DNA of 47,032 bases from the NCBI GenBank assembly GCA_046759645.1, contig JBHICO010000004.1, positions 1 through 47,032 on the forward strand, written 5' to 3'. The stretch is from Nitrososphaerales archaeon. Lineage in GTDB: Archaea > Thermoproteota > Nitrososphaeria > Nitrososphaerales > UBA213. A program made the translations under genes and the position numbers. The notes beneath the pieces are model-generated. The model saw nothing but the letters and a program-made list of their open reading frames with translations, was not told the origin of the DNA and made no database searches. Position 1 is the stretch's first letter, and each line of letters starts with the position of its first letter. This document shows positions 1-9,839 of the stretch, piece after piece.

Positions 1-762
1 CTTTATAGCTGCGGCAACTTCACCTTTTAATTCTTCCAAAATAGATCGTGAGTAGATATTCAGATTATTATCCTCTATAAGTCTGGGTCTTCTATAATCA
101 ATTTTGAACTCGCTCTTCACCTTTGCAGGTCTATGAGTGAATACTACAACTCTGTCACCTAAACATACGGACTCGCTTATGTTGTGTGTTACGAAAATTA
201 TCGTCTTTCTTGTTCTTTGCCAGATCAGCTGTAATTCTACTAAAAGCAAATCACGAGTTTGGGCATCAAGTGCCGCAAATGGTTCATCCATAAGCAATAC
301 TTCTGGATCCATGACAAGCGAGCGAGCTATCGCTACACGTTGCTTCATTCCTGTGGATAACTGGTAGGTATAAGAATCCGCAAATTTTGTTAGCTGCATC
401 ATATCAAGATAATGGATAGCTCTTTCTTCACGTTTTTCTTTCTGCACACCAGCAACCTTAAGTCCAAATTCTACGTTTTCGATAACCTTCAACCAGGGAA
501 ATAACGCACCTTCTTGAAAGACCATCGTTCTATCAGGACCAGTATCACTAACCGCTCTTCCGTCAAGTATAACTTCACCACTATCAGGTTTCTCTAATCC
601 AGCAATTACATTCAGCAGTGTTGTTTTACCACATCCTGAAGGCCCTACCAAACAAACAAACTCTCCCTCATTTATATTCAGATTTACGTCTGAAACTGCT
701 TTCACAATACCGTTATTCAGATTGAAAACCTTGGATATGCTATGCAGTTCAAGTTTAGCCAA
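1..762 (-). CDS. ABC transporter ATP-binding protein, SsuB/TauB/NrtD-like (3' end outside window)
   Basis: Translated by hand from TTG at 762 (after GGTGGTGA): MAKLELHSISKVF...GEFVCLVGPSGCGKTT (Walker A), VFQEGALFPWL, QLSTGMKQRVAIAR, LLMDEPFAALD. Follows the substrate-binding protein gene. Absent from the ORF track. Confidence 0.9.
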   Translation of the reverse strand, partial: MAKLELHSISKVFNLNNGIVKAVSDVNLNINEGEFVCLVGPSGCGKTTLLNVIAGLEKPDSGEVILDGRAVSDTGPDRTMVFQEGALFPWLKVIENVEFGLKVAGVQKEKREERAIHYLDMMQLTKFADSYTYQLSTGMKQRVAIARSLVMDPEVLLMDEPFAALDAQTRDLLLVELQLIWQRTRKTIIFVTHNISESVCLGDRVVVFTHRPAKVKSEFKIDYRRPRLIEDNNLNIYSRSILEELKGEVAAAIK

Positions 763-774
763 TCACCACCACCA

Positions 775-1818
775 TCATTCTACTAACGATAGTTCTTTTT
801 CCCTTAATACCTCGTTGAGTAGTTCGGCGTAATATATATCTGATAGATCTGGTTTCTCGTCTCCGTACAAGCCCAGTTCAGATGCCTCATCAGCAAATTT
901 CATGACTGATGGTTTCATTGGATTGTATGTGACTTTGATTCTTGAAAATGATTCATGCATCACATCAGAGGGCAGGGGTTTACCGAATAGTTTTTTAAGA
1001 TGTTCATTTATGATTTGTTCTGCCTGATCTGGCTGTTCTTTGATCCACAGCGTAGTTTCTACATGTGCCATGATCACTTTCTTCACCAAATCCGGATGAT
1101 TCTGCAAGAATTTACTGTTGACTACTAGAAGAGTGGTCGCAAATTCACCATCTGTCCAGAGATCTCTTTCATCAAGAAAAATTTGACCGTTTGCATTTTT
1201 AACCAATAGAGCAGCCCACGGTTCCGGAACCCAGGCTCCATCAAGTTCTTTTTTGAGAAAGAGCGTCATTATATCAGAATTCTTAGCCGACAAAACTTGA
1301 ACATTTCCTCCGTACTGTGCAAGGCTGTAACCATGATTGACAAGATACCATTTTAATGATATGTCTTGTGTATTGCCGTACTGGGGAGATGCAAATCTCT
1401 TTCCAGCAAAATCAGAAGGTGATTCTATATTCATATCTGATCTAACTATGAAAGCAACGCCCCCACTTGATGAGCCAGCAATTATTTTCAGATCTTGGTT
1501 CGACCGCATATATCCAGTTATAGCCGGAGACGGACCGGTGTAGGCGATATCTATTTGATCTGTGAACAAAGCCTCAATAACGCTCGGTCCCGCGTTGAAG
1601 ATTTTATATTCTACTTTTATGTTATCCCCTGAAGCCTGCTCAAATGTTCCCCTTGCTATGCCGACCATTGCCTGTGCGTGATTAAGGTTTGGAAAGTACC
1701 CTATTCTAATCGTGTTAAAAGCAGATACATCGGTGCTCCTGGCAATTGAAAAATAGACAATGGAGATGGACAGAACTACGAGAATTACAACTATTATAGT
1801 CCCATTCCTTCTATTCAC
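775..1818 (-). CDS. ABC transporter substrate-binding protein, aliphatic sulfonate SsuA/NitT family
   Basis: N-terminal membrane anchor; IRIGYFPNLNHA, FNAGPSVIEAL and DGAWVPEPW motifs typical of the family. Confidence 0.85.
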   Translation of the reverse strand: MNRRNGTIIVVILVVLSISIVYFSIARSTDVSAFNTIRIGYFPNLNHAQAMVGIARGTFEQASGDNIKVEYKIFNAGPSVIEALFTDQIDIAYTGPSPAITGYMRSNQDLKIIAGSSSGGVAFIVRSDMNIESPSDFAGKRFASPQYGNTQDISLKWYLVNHGYSLAQYGGNVQVLSAKNSDIMTLFLKKELDGAWVPEPWAALLVKNANGQIFLDERDLWTDGEFATTLLVVNSKFLQNHPDLVKKVIMAHVETTLWIKEQPDQAEQIINEHLKKLFGKPLPSDVMHESFSRIKVTYNPMKPSVMKFADEASELGLYGDEKPDLSDIYYAELLNEVLREKELSLVE

Positions 1819-1873
1819 ATTCTTGTCTCCTTAATTACACAATAAATATTAATCCTAATACACGAGACAGGTA

Positions 1874-2566
1874 TCAGTGCCTTGATGTAGATTTGGCTTT
1901 GCCTAAGGATTTCCTTGATTCCGTTATGAGTTCAGTAAGGGCGTTAAACGCTTTAGCAACATCATTCATATTAACCAGCATTATCGTATCGGTATAGCAG
2001 CTGATAGTATCTTCTATGTTCACATGCCTTCTTGCCAGCTGATTATAAAATATCAGGGCACAGCCTGGTGTTTTGATTATATCCTGCGGGCTCTGAACTA
2101 TTATGGCCGCAAGATTACTTTCAACTTCAAGAGTATCATCATCATCGAACATACTCTTCATTTTTTCCAGTATTAGCTGATCGAAAATCAAGGTCATCGA
2201 ATTGACACTTTCTGAGACACTTATGAAGCTGTCATAATGCACGGTTAAGGGTTTTGCTATTTTCTCTATCGTTTTTTTGTTCTTAACAATTGATAATTTA
2301 GCAACGTCTGTCCTAAGACTTATCTTGCTACCAGCAACTATAGGCTCTACTGATGCATAAGGCACCCTGTAGTCCTTACTCGTTCTTTTCAATGCAGTAA
2401 CGATGCTTTCTACGCTTACGTCTGTACCAGCGATAGTATCCATGCTCGGTTTAATTATTCGCGCTATAGCGCTAAGGTTACAATACTGGCGCTGCATAGC
2501 ATCCTGAAATGATAGATCGTTATCTATGATTGCCTTTACAGATTTTGTTATATTCTTAGTGACCAA
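1874..2566 (-). CDS. ACT-domain protein with helical N-terminal domain, possible amino-acid-responsive regulator
   Basis: NLSAIARII...ESIVTALKR helical N-terminus; C-terminal ACT-like TPGCALIFYNQLARRHVNIEDTISCYTD; divergent from argG. Confidence 0.7.
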   Translation of the reverse strand: MVTKNITKSVKAIIDNDLSFQDAMQRQYCNLSAIARIIKPSMDTIAGTDVSVESIVTALKRTSKDYRVPYASVEPIVAGSKISLRTDVAKLSIVKNKKTIEKIAKPLTVHYDSFISVSESVNSMTLIFDQLILEKMKSMFDDDDTLEVESNLAAIIVQSPQDIIKTPGCALIFYNQLARRHVNIEDTISCYTDTIMLVNMNDVAKAFNALTELITESRKSLGKAKSTSRH

Positions 2567-2643
2567 ATCTGGTCATGTCAACTCCTAATTGGCTCTTCTT
2601 GACCAAAAAATATAAATGTAGTGCTTTAGGCAGAGTTTTATTC

Positions 2644-3840
2644 ATGAATGAGAAAGTTGTACTTGCGTACTCTGGTGGTCTAGACACTTCTGTTGCTGTA
2701 AAATGGCTGCAGGTCAAGTATGGATTTGACGTTATGACTGTTACAGTAGACGTAGGTCAAGGTGATGATTTCAAGGATATAGAACAAAAATCAAAGGCTC
2801 TGGGAGCTATCAAACACTTCTATTTTGATGCTAAACAGGAGTTTGCTAAGGGTTACGTAATACCAAGCATAAAGGCTAACGGACTGTACGAAGGCAAGTA
2901 TCCATTAGCAACTGCACTTGCAAGGCCATTGATTGCAGCTAAAACTGTCGAAGTGGCAAAGAAGGAGAGTGCCAGAGCATTGGCTCATGGCTGTACAGGC
3001 AAGGGTAATGACCAGGTAAGATTTGATATTACATTGAAGTCGTTGTTGCCCGAACTCAAGATAGTTGCTCCAATAAGAGACATGAATCTGACACGGGATG
3101 CGGAGTTGGAGATTGCAAAGGAGTATGATATACCAATTAGCTCTCAAGCAAAAAAGTATAGTATAGACCAGAACCTATGGGGAAGGGCGGTAGAAGGCGG
3201 AGTAATAGAAAATGCAGATTCTGAGCCACCGGAGGATGCATTCCAGTGGGTGAAGACGCAGAAAATGCCCGACACAGCAGGTTACATGGATCTCGAATTA
3301 GATAATGGTATTCCCGTTGGTATAGATGGCAAGTTGATGAACATAGTCGATCTTGTACAATACGCAAACGAAAAAGCAGGCTCGTATGGTGTTGGTATAA
3401 TAGATCATATTGAAGACAGAGTAGTAGGAATAAAATCCAGAGAAGTTTATGAAGCACCAGGTGCTACATGCATTATTGAAGCACATAAGGATCTGGAAAA
3501 GTTAACTCTAACAAAACATCAAATAAGATTCAAACAAGTTGTTGATGAGCAATGGGCGTGGTTGACCTATTCTGGTCTTTGGTTAGATCCATTGAAAACC
3601 GATTTAGATAAATTTATAGATGCTACCCAAGTGCGAGTTTGTGGCAAGGTTAAACTGAAAATGTACAAGGGTTCGCACCGTATAGTTGGAAGGAAATCAA
3701 AGTACTCTCTCTACGAGCCAAACCTGGCAACTTACAGCGCAGGATCAACATTTGATCAGAGCTTGGCAAGAGGTTTCGTTGAACTCTGGGGACTACAGTC
3801 TGTAATTGCGAATGAAGTAATAGGGAAGAGTGAAGAGTGA
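2644..3840 (+). CDS. argG: argininosuccinate synthase
   Basis: VVLAYSGGLDTS, AHGCTGKGNDQVRF, YSIDQNLWGR, KSREVYEAPG. ATG at 2644 preferred over the ORF-track start at 2575. Confidence 0.97.
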   Translation: MNEKVVLAYSGGLDTSVAVKWLQVKYGFDVMTVTVDVGQGDDFKDIEQKSKALGAIKHFYFDAKQEFAKGYVIPSIKANGLYEGKYPLATALARPLIAAKTVEVAKKESARALAHGCTGKGNDQVRFDITLKSLLPELKIVAPIRDMNLTRDAELEIAKEYDIPISSQAKKYSIDQNLWGRAVEGGVIENADSEPPEDAFQWVKTQKMPDTAGYMDLELDNGIPVGIDGKLMNIVDLVQYANEKAGSYGVGIIDHIEDRVVGIKSREVYEAPGATCIIEAHKDLEKLTLTKHQIRFKQVVDEQWAWLTYSGLWLDPLKTDLDKFIDATQVRVCGKVKLKMYKGSHRIVGRKSKYSLYEPNLATYSAGSTFDQSLARGFVELWGLQSVIANEVIGKSEE

Positions 3841-4016
3841 TGGCCAAGACAAAGTGCATTGAATGTGACAAGGAACTAAATGTGTCTGACGATTCTGTAA
3901 AGGGCGAGATAGTTACATGTCCTGATTGTGGGTCAGATTTTGAAATTGTGAGCAGTGAAAACGACAGGGTCGAACTTAAACCGGCAGAAAAGGTCGGCGA
4001 AGACTGGGGAGAATGA
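3840..4016 (+). CDS. lysW: LysW-family amino-group carrier protein (58 aa), probably for the arginine branch (ArgW-type)
   Basis: Hand-translated MAKTKCIECDKELNVSDDSVKGEIVTCPDCGSDFEIVSSENDRVELKPAEKVGEDWGE*: two CxxC motifs and the C-terminal EDWGE signature. Start overlaps the argG stop (TGATG). Confidence 0.95.
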   Translation: MAKTKCIECDKELNVSDDSVKGEIVTCPDCGSDFEIVSSENDRVELKPAEKVGEDWGE

Positions 4017-4017
4017 G

Positions 4018-4875
4018 TTGTCAGATATACGGATAGTATACGATAGAGTCAGATGGGAGGAGAAGGAGTTATACGAGAAGGCCAGTAAGCTAGGACACAC
4101 CAGCAAGATGATCGATGCGAAAACCCTCGCAATCAGTAATCATGACGGAAATACATTGGAGGATTTTGGTGATGTTGTATTACAAAGGTGCGTGAGCCAT
4201 TACCGGGGGCTGTATCTAACAGCATGTCTAGAGTTTTTAGGATCTAAGGTGATCAACGCATATTCTACTGCAGAAATTTGCGGTAACAAACTCTTAACAT
4301 CTATTCATCTTTCCAAATACAAAATTCCTACACCTACTACACATGTAGCATTTGGTCCTGAGATTGCAGCTGACCTTGCTAATCATCTTGGATATCCAAT
4401 AGTCCTTAAACCCATTATCGGCAGCTGGGGAAGGATGGTCATACCTGTTAAGGACAAGGATGTTATGGAATCGATGATAGAGATGAGAGAAGAAATGCCT
4501 AACCCCTTGAACAAAATATACTACATACAGGACTATATCAACAGGCCACCAAGGGATATTCGAACCATTGTAGTTGATGACAGAATTGTTACGGCGATAT
4601 ACAGGTACTCGGCAGAGGGAGAGTGGCGGACAAATATTTCACGTGGAGGTAGGGCTGAATTGTGCCCTAAAACGAAAGAGCTGGAGGACATATGCATAAA
4701 AGCATCAAATGCAGTTGGAGGCGGAATTCTTGGTGTTGATTTGATGGAAGACGAAAAGGAAGGATTGGTAGTACACGAAATTAACAATACCGTAGAGTTC
4801 AAGGGAGCATCTACCGTTAGCGAAAAAGACATAGCTACAGAAATAATATGTTACGCGGTAAAGATGGCAAGATGA
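4018..4875 (+). CDS. argX: LysW ligase, RimK/ATP-grasp family, likely glutamate--LysW ligase
   Basis: VLQRCVS, KPIIGSWGR, EWRTNISRGG, NNTVEFKG; follows argG-lysW. Probable TTG start at 4018. Confidence 0.85.
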   Translation: MSDIRIVYDRVRWEEKELYEKASKLGHTSKMIDAKTLAISNHDGNTLEDFGDVVLQRCVSHYRGLYLTACLEFLGSKVINAYSTAEICGNKLLTSIHLSKYKIPTPTTHVAFGPEIAADLANHLGYPIVLKPIIGSWGRMVIPVKDKDVMESMIEMREEMPNPLNKIYYIQDYINRPPRDIRTIVVDDRIVTAIYRYSAEGEWRTNISRGGRAELCPKTKELEDICIKASNAVGGGILGVDLMEDEKEGLVVHEINNTVEFKGASTVSEKDIATEIICYAVKMAR

Positions 4876-4879
4876 TTTT

Positions 4880-5932
4880 ATGAAAATCGGAGTAGTTGGA
4901 GCATCGGGTTATGTTGGTGGAGAATTGTTGCGATTACTTGTAATGCATCCTAAAATAGAGTTGAGCATGGTCACATCTAGATTGAATGCTGGTGAATATG
5001 TGCACAGGGTTCATCCGAGCCTGAAGGGTTTTACAGAACTCACATTTTCACCAGTTGACCTTGACAAATTAAGCAGTACATGCGATCTCGTATTCACTTC
5101 TGTGCCACATGGAAAGGCCGTTGAGATAGTGAAGAAACTGCATGATGCTGGTGTGAAGATCATTGATTTGAGTGCTGATTATCGGTTAAAGAATCCTAAA
5201 GCTTATGTGGAGTATTACGGATGGGAGCACCCACATCCCGAACTTCTCATGAAATCAACTTATGGAATTCCCGAACTCCATAGGGATGAGATAAGGAATT
5301 CTCAAGTGGTATCGTGTCCGGGTTGCATGGCGGTCACATCAGTGCTTGCGATTGTACCCTTGGTGAAGAATGGTTTGATTGACCTAGATCATGTCATAGT
5401 TGATAGCAAGATTGGTTCCTCTGGTGCTGGTGGAAAACCTTCAGCAGGGACACATCATACTATGCGTTATGGGGTTGTAAGACCGTACAAACCTGTTAAA
5501 CATAGACATACTGCAGAGATCGAGCAGGAGATAAGCGCTATTGCACAGAGGAACGTTAGGGTAAGTATGACCCCTCATGCTGTTAATATAGTACGAGGAA
5601 TTTTATGCACAAACCATACATTCCTGAAGAAAGAGATAACAGTTCAGGAACTTTGGAAGATGTACAGGAGCACCTACAAGGGTGAGCCCTTCATCAGATT
5701 CATTAGGGATGTTAAGGGTCTTTACAAGTATCCAGATCCGAAGTTCGTGATCGGTTCAAACTTCTGCGACATAGGCTTCGATGTTGATGAAAAAAATGCA
5801 AGGTTAGTAGCGTTATCTGCTTCAGATAATCTCATGAAGGGTGCAGCTGGTTCTGCCGTTCAATGCATGAATGTGATGCATGGGTTTGATGAGAGAGAAG
5901 GTCTAAGGTACACACCTGTAAATCCAGTGTGA
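4880..5932 (+). CDS. lysY: LysW-aminoadipyl/glutamyl-phosphate reductase (ArgC/LysY)
   Basis: VGASGYVGGEL, DLSADYR, SCPGC active site, DNLMKGAAGSAVQ. Confidence 0.93.
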   Translation: MKIGVVGASGYVGGELLRLLVMHPKIELSMVTSRLNAGEYVHRVHPSLKGFTELTFSPVDLDKLSSTCDLVFTSVPHGKAVEIVKKLHDAGVKIIDLSADYRLKNPKAYVEYYGWEHPHPELLMKSTYGIPELHRDEIRNSQVVSCPGCMAVTSVLAIVPLVKNGLIDLDHVIVDSKIGSSGAGGKPSAGTHHTMRYGVVRPYKPVKHRHTAEIEQEISAIAQRNVRVSMTPHAVNIVRGILCTNHTFLKKEITVQELWKMYRSTYKGEPFIRFIRDVKGLYKYPDPKFVIGSNFCDIGFDVDEKNARLVALSASDNLMKGAAGSAVQCMNVMHGFDEREGLRYTPVNPV

Positions 5933-5937
5933 GTGGT

Positions 5938-6741
5938 ATGATTGTAATCAAGATTGGTGGTAGCGTCGTTGACGGTTTACATGAAAGCACCATACCTGAT
6001 CTGAAGGATGTTATAAGCCATGCCAAAGTGATCGTTGTGCATGGTGGGGGCAAGGAAGTTACAAGTATAGCTGAAAAGCTTGGGAAAGAGCAGAAGTTTA
6101 TAGTATCTCCTGGTGGAATCAGGAGTCGGTACACCGACAGGGAGACCGCAAAGATCTACACCATGGTAATGTCGGGCAAGATAAACAAGGAGATTGTAAT
6201 GATGCTACAGAAACAGGGTATCAATGCGGTGGGTTTGGCTGGAATCGATGGAGGTATAATTAGGGCAGAAAGAAAGAAAAAACTAATCATAGTTGACGAA
6301 AGAGGAAGAAAGGTAGCAATTGATGGTGGCTATACGGGAAAGATCAATAGTGTTAACGCATCACTACTAAATACAATTACAACTGGAGGATATGTACCAA
6401 TAGTTTCCCCGGTAGCATTGAGCGAAAAGTTCGATCTACTAAACGTTGATGGTGATAGAGCGGCTGCTTACGTTGCTGGAGGGATAAAAGCAGATAGCGT
6501 TATCTTCCTAACCGACGTAAACGGTCTTTTGATAAACGACAAACTTGTTACACATATGTCTGTTAGCGAGGCTAAGAAAATGCTCCCAAAGATAGGTTTT
6601 GGCATGGAGAAGAAGGTACTAGCCTGCACGGAAGCCGTGAGCATGGGTGTGAAGGAAGCCATAATCTCATCAGGTAAAATAGACAATCCGATCTCCTCAG
6701 CTTTAAGACATGATAACTGCACGGTGATAAGCGGTGAGTGA
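5938..6741 (+). CDS. lysZ: LysW-aminoadipate/glutamate kinase (ArgB/LysZ)
   Basis: VIKIGGS, VHGGG, SRYTD, LNVDGDRAA, GMEKK. Start is ATG 5938 or GTG 5929. Confidence 0.93.
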   Translation: MIVIKIGGSVVDGLHESTIPDLKDVISHAKVIVVHGGGKEVTSIAEKLGKEQKFIVSPGGIRSRYTDRETAKIYTMVMSGKINKEIVMMLQKQGINAVGLAGIDGGIIRAERKKKLIIVDERGRKVAIDGGYTGKINSVNASLLNTITTGGYVPIVSPVALSEKFDLLNVDGDRAAAYVAGGIKADSVIFLTDVNGLLINDKLVTHMSVSEAKKMLPKIGFGMEKKVLACTEAVSMGVKEAIISSGKIDNPISSALRHDNCTVISGE

Positions 6742-7912
6742 AGAAGACAAATACCTAGCGAATGTTTACCAGCGCTTTCCTATCACGTTGACAAAAGGCA
6801 AAGGCGCAAAAGTGTGGGATATCAATGGAAGGGAGTACGTAGATTGTATGGGTGGCTACGGAGTAGCACTTGTTGGTCACTGCAACGAGAAGGTTGTGAA
6901 AGCGATCAAGGAACAAGTAGAGAAATTGATAACATGCCATAGTTCTTACTACAATGACTCTAGACTTGCTTTTTTGCAGAAATTAATCAGCGTTGCACCA
7001 AAAGGGTTGAGTAAGGCATATCTTTCCAACAGTGGTGCGGAAGCGACGGAGGCTGCCATTAAGTTCGCAAGAAAATACACCAAAAAACATGGTATAGTAG
7101 CGATGATGGGGTCATTTCATGGAAAAACAATGGGAGCACTCTCCATAACATATGCTAAAAAGTACAGAGAATCATTCACACCCCTCCTTGAAGGTATGAA
7201 GTTTGTACGGTTTGGGGAAGCAACGAAGGTCGAGGATGCAATTGATGATACTACAGGCGCTGTAATTTTAGAACCGATACAGGGGGAGAGTGGAATAAAT
7301 GTAGCACCAGAGGGATATCTACAAGAGGTCAGGGATATCTGTGATAGAAAGGGTATAGCTCTGATATTTGATGAAATTCAGGCTGGTCTCGGCAGAACGG
7401 GAAAGTTGTGGGCAGGAGAGAATTGGAATGTTACCCCTGATATAATGTGTTTGGCAAAGGGTATTGCTGGCGGTGTGCCGATGGGTGCCACGCTGGCAAA
7501 GCAAGAGATGATGGATGCATTAAAGCTGGGTGAACATTCCTCCACATTTGGAGGCAACCCCCTTGCCTGCGCTGCAGGCCGTGCTGCGTTAGAATGCATC
7601 GTTGACGATGGCTTACTTGGTAACGTAAACAGCGTCGGCAAGTATTTTAAGGAAGGTTTGCTTGCACTAAAAGACAAACATAAAATAATAAGGGAGGTGA
7701 GAGGTTTGGGTTTAATGCTTGCAGCTGAATTGAGATTTGAGGTTAAAGATGTCTTGTATGATGGTATAAAAGAAGGACTACTGATGCTGTATTCTGGCAA
7801 AAACATAATCAGGCTCTTACCTCCCTTGGTTATAGACGAACATACCGTAGCACATACTTTATCTATAATGGACAAGGTGCTGAGTAAAGAAGAGGATAGA
7901 AGAAATGTCTAG
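6734..7912 (+). CDS. lysJ: LysW-semialdehyde aminotransferase (ArgD/LysJ), class III PLP enzyme
   Basis: NSGAEATEAA, FHGKT, EPIQGE, DEIQAGLGRTG, LAKG, HSSTFGGNP. Confidence 0.93.
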   Translation: MSEEDKYLANVYQRFPITLTKGKGAKVWDINGREYVDCMGGYGVALVGHCNEKVVKAIKEQVEKLITCHSSYYNDSRLAFLQKLISVAPKGLSKAYLSNSGAEATEAAIKFARKYTKKHGIVAMMGSFHGKTMGALSITYAKKYRESFTPLLEGMKFVRFGEATKVEDAIDDTTGAVILEPIQGESGINVAPEGYLQEVRDICDRKGIALIFDEIQAGLGRTGKLWAGENWNVTPDIMCLAKGIAGGVPMGATLAKQEMMDALKLGEHSSTFGGNPLACAAGRAALECIVDDGLLGNVNSVGKYFKEGLLALKDKHKIIREVRGLGLMLAAELRFEVKDVLYDGIKEGLLMLYSGKNIIRLLPPLVIDEHTVAHTLSIMDKVLSKEEDRRNV

Positions 7913-8327
7913 CCTTGATAAGATCGATGAAAAGATAGTCAGCATACTAAAAACAGATTCAAGGAAAGCATTTGTGGAAATTGCACAGGAAGTAGGTTTG
8001 TCAGAATCTGCGGTAAGAAGAAGAGTAAAAAATCTTGTTGATGGCGGGACAATAAAAAAGTTTACCATTGAAATTGGTGCAAGTAACAAGACAAGTGCTA
8101 TCACACTAATCTCTGTCAGTCCTTCTACAGATACTTCGAAAGTTTCTGAAAAACTAAAATCGCTTAAAGGCGTTGATGTGGTGTATGAAATTACTGGTCA
8201 ATATGATATAGTGGCAATAGTAAGCGCACCAACAATTACTGAAATTAACAAAAGTATAGATGAGGTGAGACGCATAGACGGCGTAGATGATACCAACACG
8301 GTGATTATTCTCAGAACAATTAGTTAG
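7905..8327 (+). CDS. lysM: Lrp/AsnC-family transcriptional regulator (LysM-type)
   Basis: LDKIDEKI...GLSESAVRRRV helix-turn-helix; YEITGQYD RAM domain; embedded in the lys operon. Confidence 0.85.
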   Translation: MSSLDKIDEKIVSILKTDSRKAFVEIAQEVGLSESAVRRRVKNLVDGGTIKKFTIEIGASNKTSAITLISVSPSTDTSKVSEKLKSLKGVDVVYEITGQYDIVAIVSAPTITEINKSIDEVRRIDGVDDTNTVIILRTIS

Positions 8328-8330
8328 AGT

Positions 8331-8452
8331 CACCTGATTTCGGCACCAAATAGCCGTTGGTTCTGAATATCGGTATATTAAGAGCGCATAAATGCTTATA
8401 TCGGCTATAGCACTTGCCTAATCAGCTAATTTAGTAACGAAAACTGTAAATA
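8331..8452 (+). promoter_or_regulatory. Putative regularly spaced Lrp-type operator boxes plus BRE/TATA-like element of the homocitrate synthase operon
   Basis: Related boxes CCTGATTTCGG, CTGAATATCGG and GCTTATATCGG at 30-31 bp spacing; CGAAAACTGTAAATA about 25 nt before the ATG at 8478. Confidence 0.4.
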
Positions 8453-8477
8453 TCCTGTAGTGTTAGCCAAAGTATCA

Positions 8478-9665
8478 ATGCAAAATCCAAACTACTTCGC
8501 GGAGGTGTATAACAAGTTGGATACCAACGGCGGTAGGCGCATCTACATACTTGATAGTACCCTTAGAGAAGGTGAACAGCACCCTGGAGTATCTTTCACG
8601 AATAAGCAGAGGATACAGATTGCGTGGATGCTAGATTATTTTGGTGTTGATCAGATAGAGATAAGTCCCATTGTCTCGCCAGATCATGAAGAGGCAACCA
8701 AGACAATAATCAAAGCTGGTCTTAGCGCAGACATCGTTGCTCACTGTAGAGCATTAAAACAGGATATCGATGTTGCGCTAAGATGTGATGCTAAATGGAT
8801 GGCGATGTATCTTGGAATTTCTGATGTCCATCTTAGTGCTAAACTTAGGATCAATAGGGAGCAAGCACTTGAGCGAGCAGTTGAAGCCGTTGAATACATG
8901 AAAGCTCATGGGTTAAAGGGTAGATTTACAGTTGAGGACGCCAGCAGGGCAGATCCGGATTATCTAAAACAACTATGTAAAGCTATTAGTGATGCTGGCG
9001 TTGATCGTATAAGTGTGCCGGATACTGTCGGTATAATGCACCCAAAAGGAATGTATACCCTCGTTAAAATGATCAGGCAAGTTGTTAACACGCCATTAGA
9101 TGTTCACTGTCATAACGATATAGGTTTAGCGTTAGCAAACGCACTTGCAGGTCTAGATGCTGGTGCAGATCAGATACATGTAACAATTGATGGTATTGGA
9201 GAAAGAACGGGCATACCATCCCTAGCAGAAACTGCCCTTGTACTAAGGCTACTTTATAACACAAAGAATGATTTTAGGATGGATATGTTGAAAGACCTAT
9301 CCAGATTACTTGAACAATACACTAGCATGAAGACATACGAATCTAAACCGATAGTTGGTGAGAGCGCCTTCAAGCATAAAGCAGGCACACACCTAGCAGC
9401 TGTATTGAGAAATCCTGCTGCATATGAAATTATAGAGCCACGTATGGTCGGGAATAGAAGGAAGATAGTATTCGGAGAACTTGCTGGCAAGAACGGCACT
9501 GCTTTTTTGCTGTCACTGCTTGGTATGGAGGCAAAGGTAAATGATGCGCAGAGGTTTGCTCAAGGTCTTAAGGAGTTGAGAATGGGTGATGTGTTGGAAT
9601 TATTCCTGGATGAAAAACTTGAGAAAAGGATAATTAACAATGGGTCAGTAGGAGTCAAGGAGTGA
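8478..9665 (+). CDS. homocitrate synthase (LeuA/LysS family)
   Basis: DSTLREGEQ, HCHND, GIGERTG, FKHKAGTH; lies directly before lysW-lysX-lysK. Confidence 0.85.
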   Translation: MQNPNYFAEVYNKLDTNGGRRIYILDSTLREGEQHPGVSFTNKQRIQIAWMLDYFGVDQIEISPIVSPDHEEATKTIIKAGLSADIVAHCRALKQDIDVALRCDAKWMAMYLGISDVHLSAKLRINREQALERAVEAVEYMKAHGLKGRFTVEDASRADPDYLKQLCKAISDAGVDRISVPDTVGIMHPKGMYTLVKMIRQVVNTPLDVHCHNDIGLALANALAGLDAGADQIHVTIDGIGERTGIPSLAETALVLRLLYNTKNDFRMDMLKDLSRLLEQYTSMKTYESKPIVGESAFKHKAGTHLAAVLRNPAAYEIIEPRMVGNRRKIVFGELAGKNGTAFLLSLLGMEAKVNDAQRFAQGLKELRMGDVLELFLDEKLEKRIINNGSVGVKE

Positions 9666-9671
9666 TAGGGG

Positions 9672-9839
9672 TTGGTGACATGTCCTGAATGCGATGCTGA
9701 TGTAAAAATTCTAGATGATGCTATCGAAGGGGAGATAGTAACATGTCCTGACTGTGGTGCAAGTTATGAACTTCTCAAGACAGATAAGGGGTTTAATATT
9801 AAACCAGCACAAGTGGTTGGCGAGGATTGGGGCGAGTGA
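9672..9839 (+). CDS. lysW: LysW amino-group carrier protein (55 aa), probably for the lysine branch
   Basis: Hand-translated from TTG: MVTCPECDADVKILDDAIEGEIVTCPDCGASYELLKTDKGFNIKPAQVVGEDWGE*. Confidence 0.95.
   Translation: MVTCPECDADVKILDDAIEGEIVTCPDCGASYELLKTDKGFNIKPAQVVGEDWGE

Noticed and set aside
2575-2643. Longer argG start
   Set aside because: It would leave no room for divergent promoters, and homology begins at MNEKVVLAYSGG.
3955-4017. N-terminal extension of ArgX in the ORF track
   Set aside because: It overlaps the clear lysW gene in another frame.
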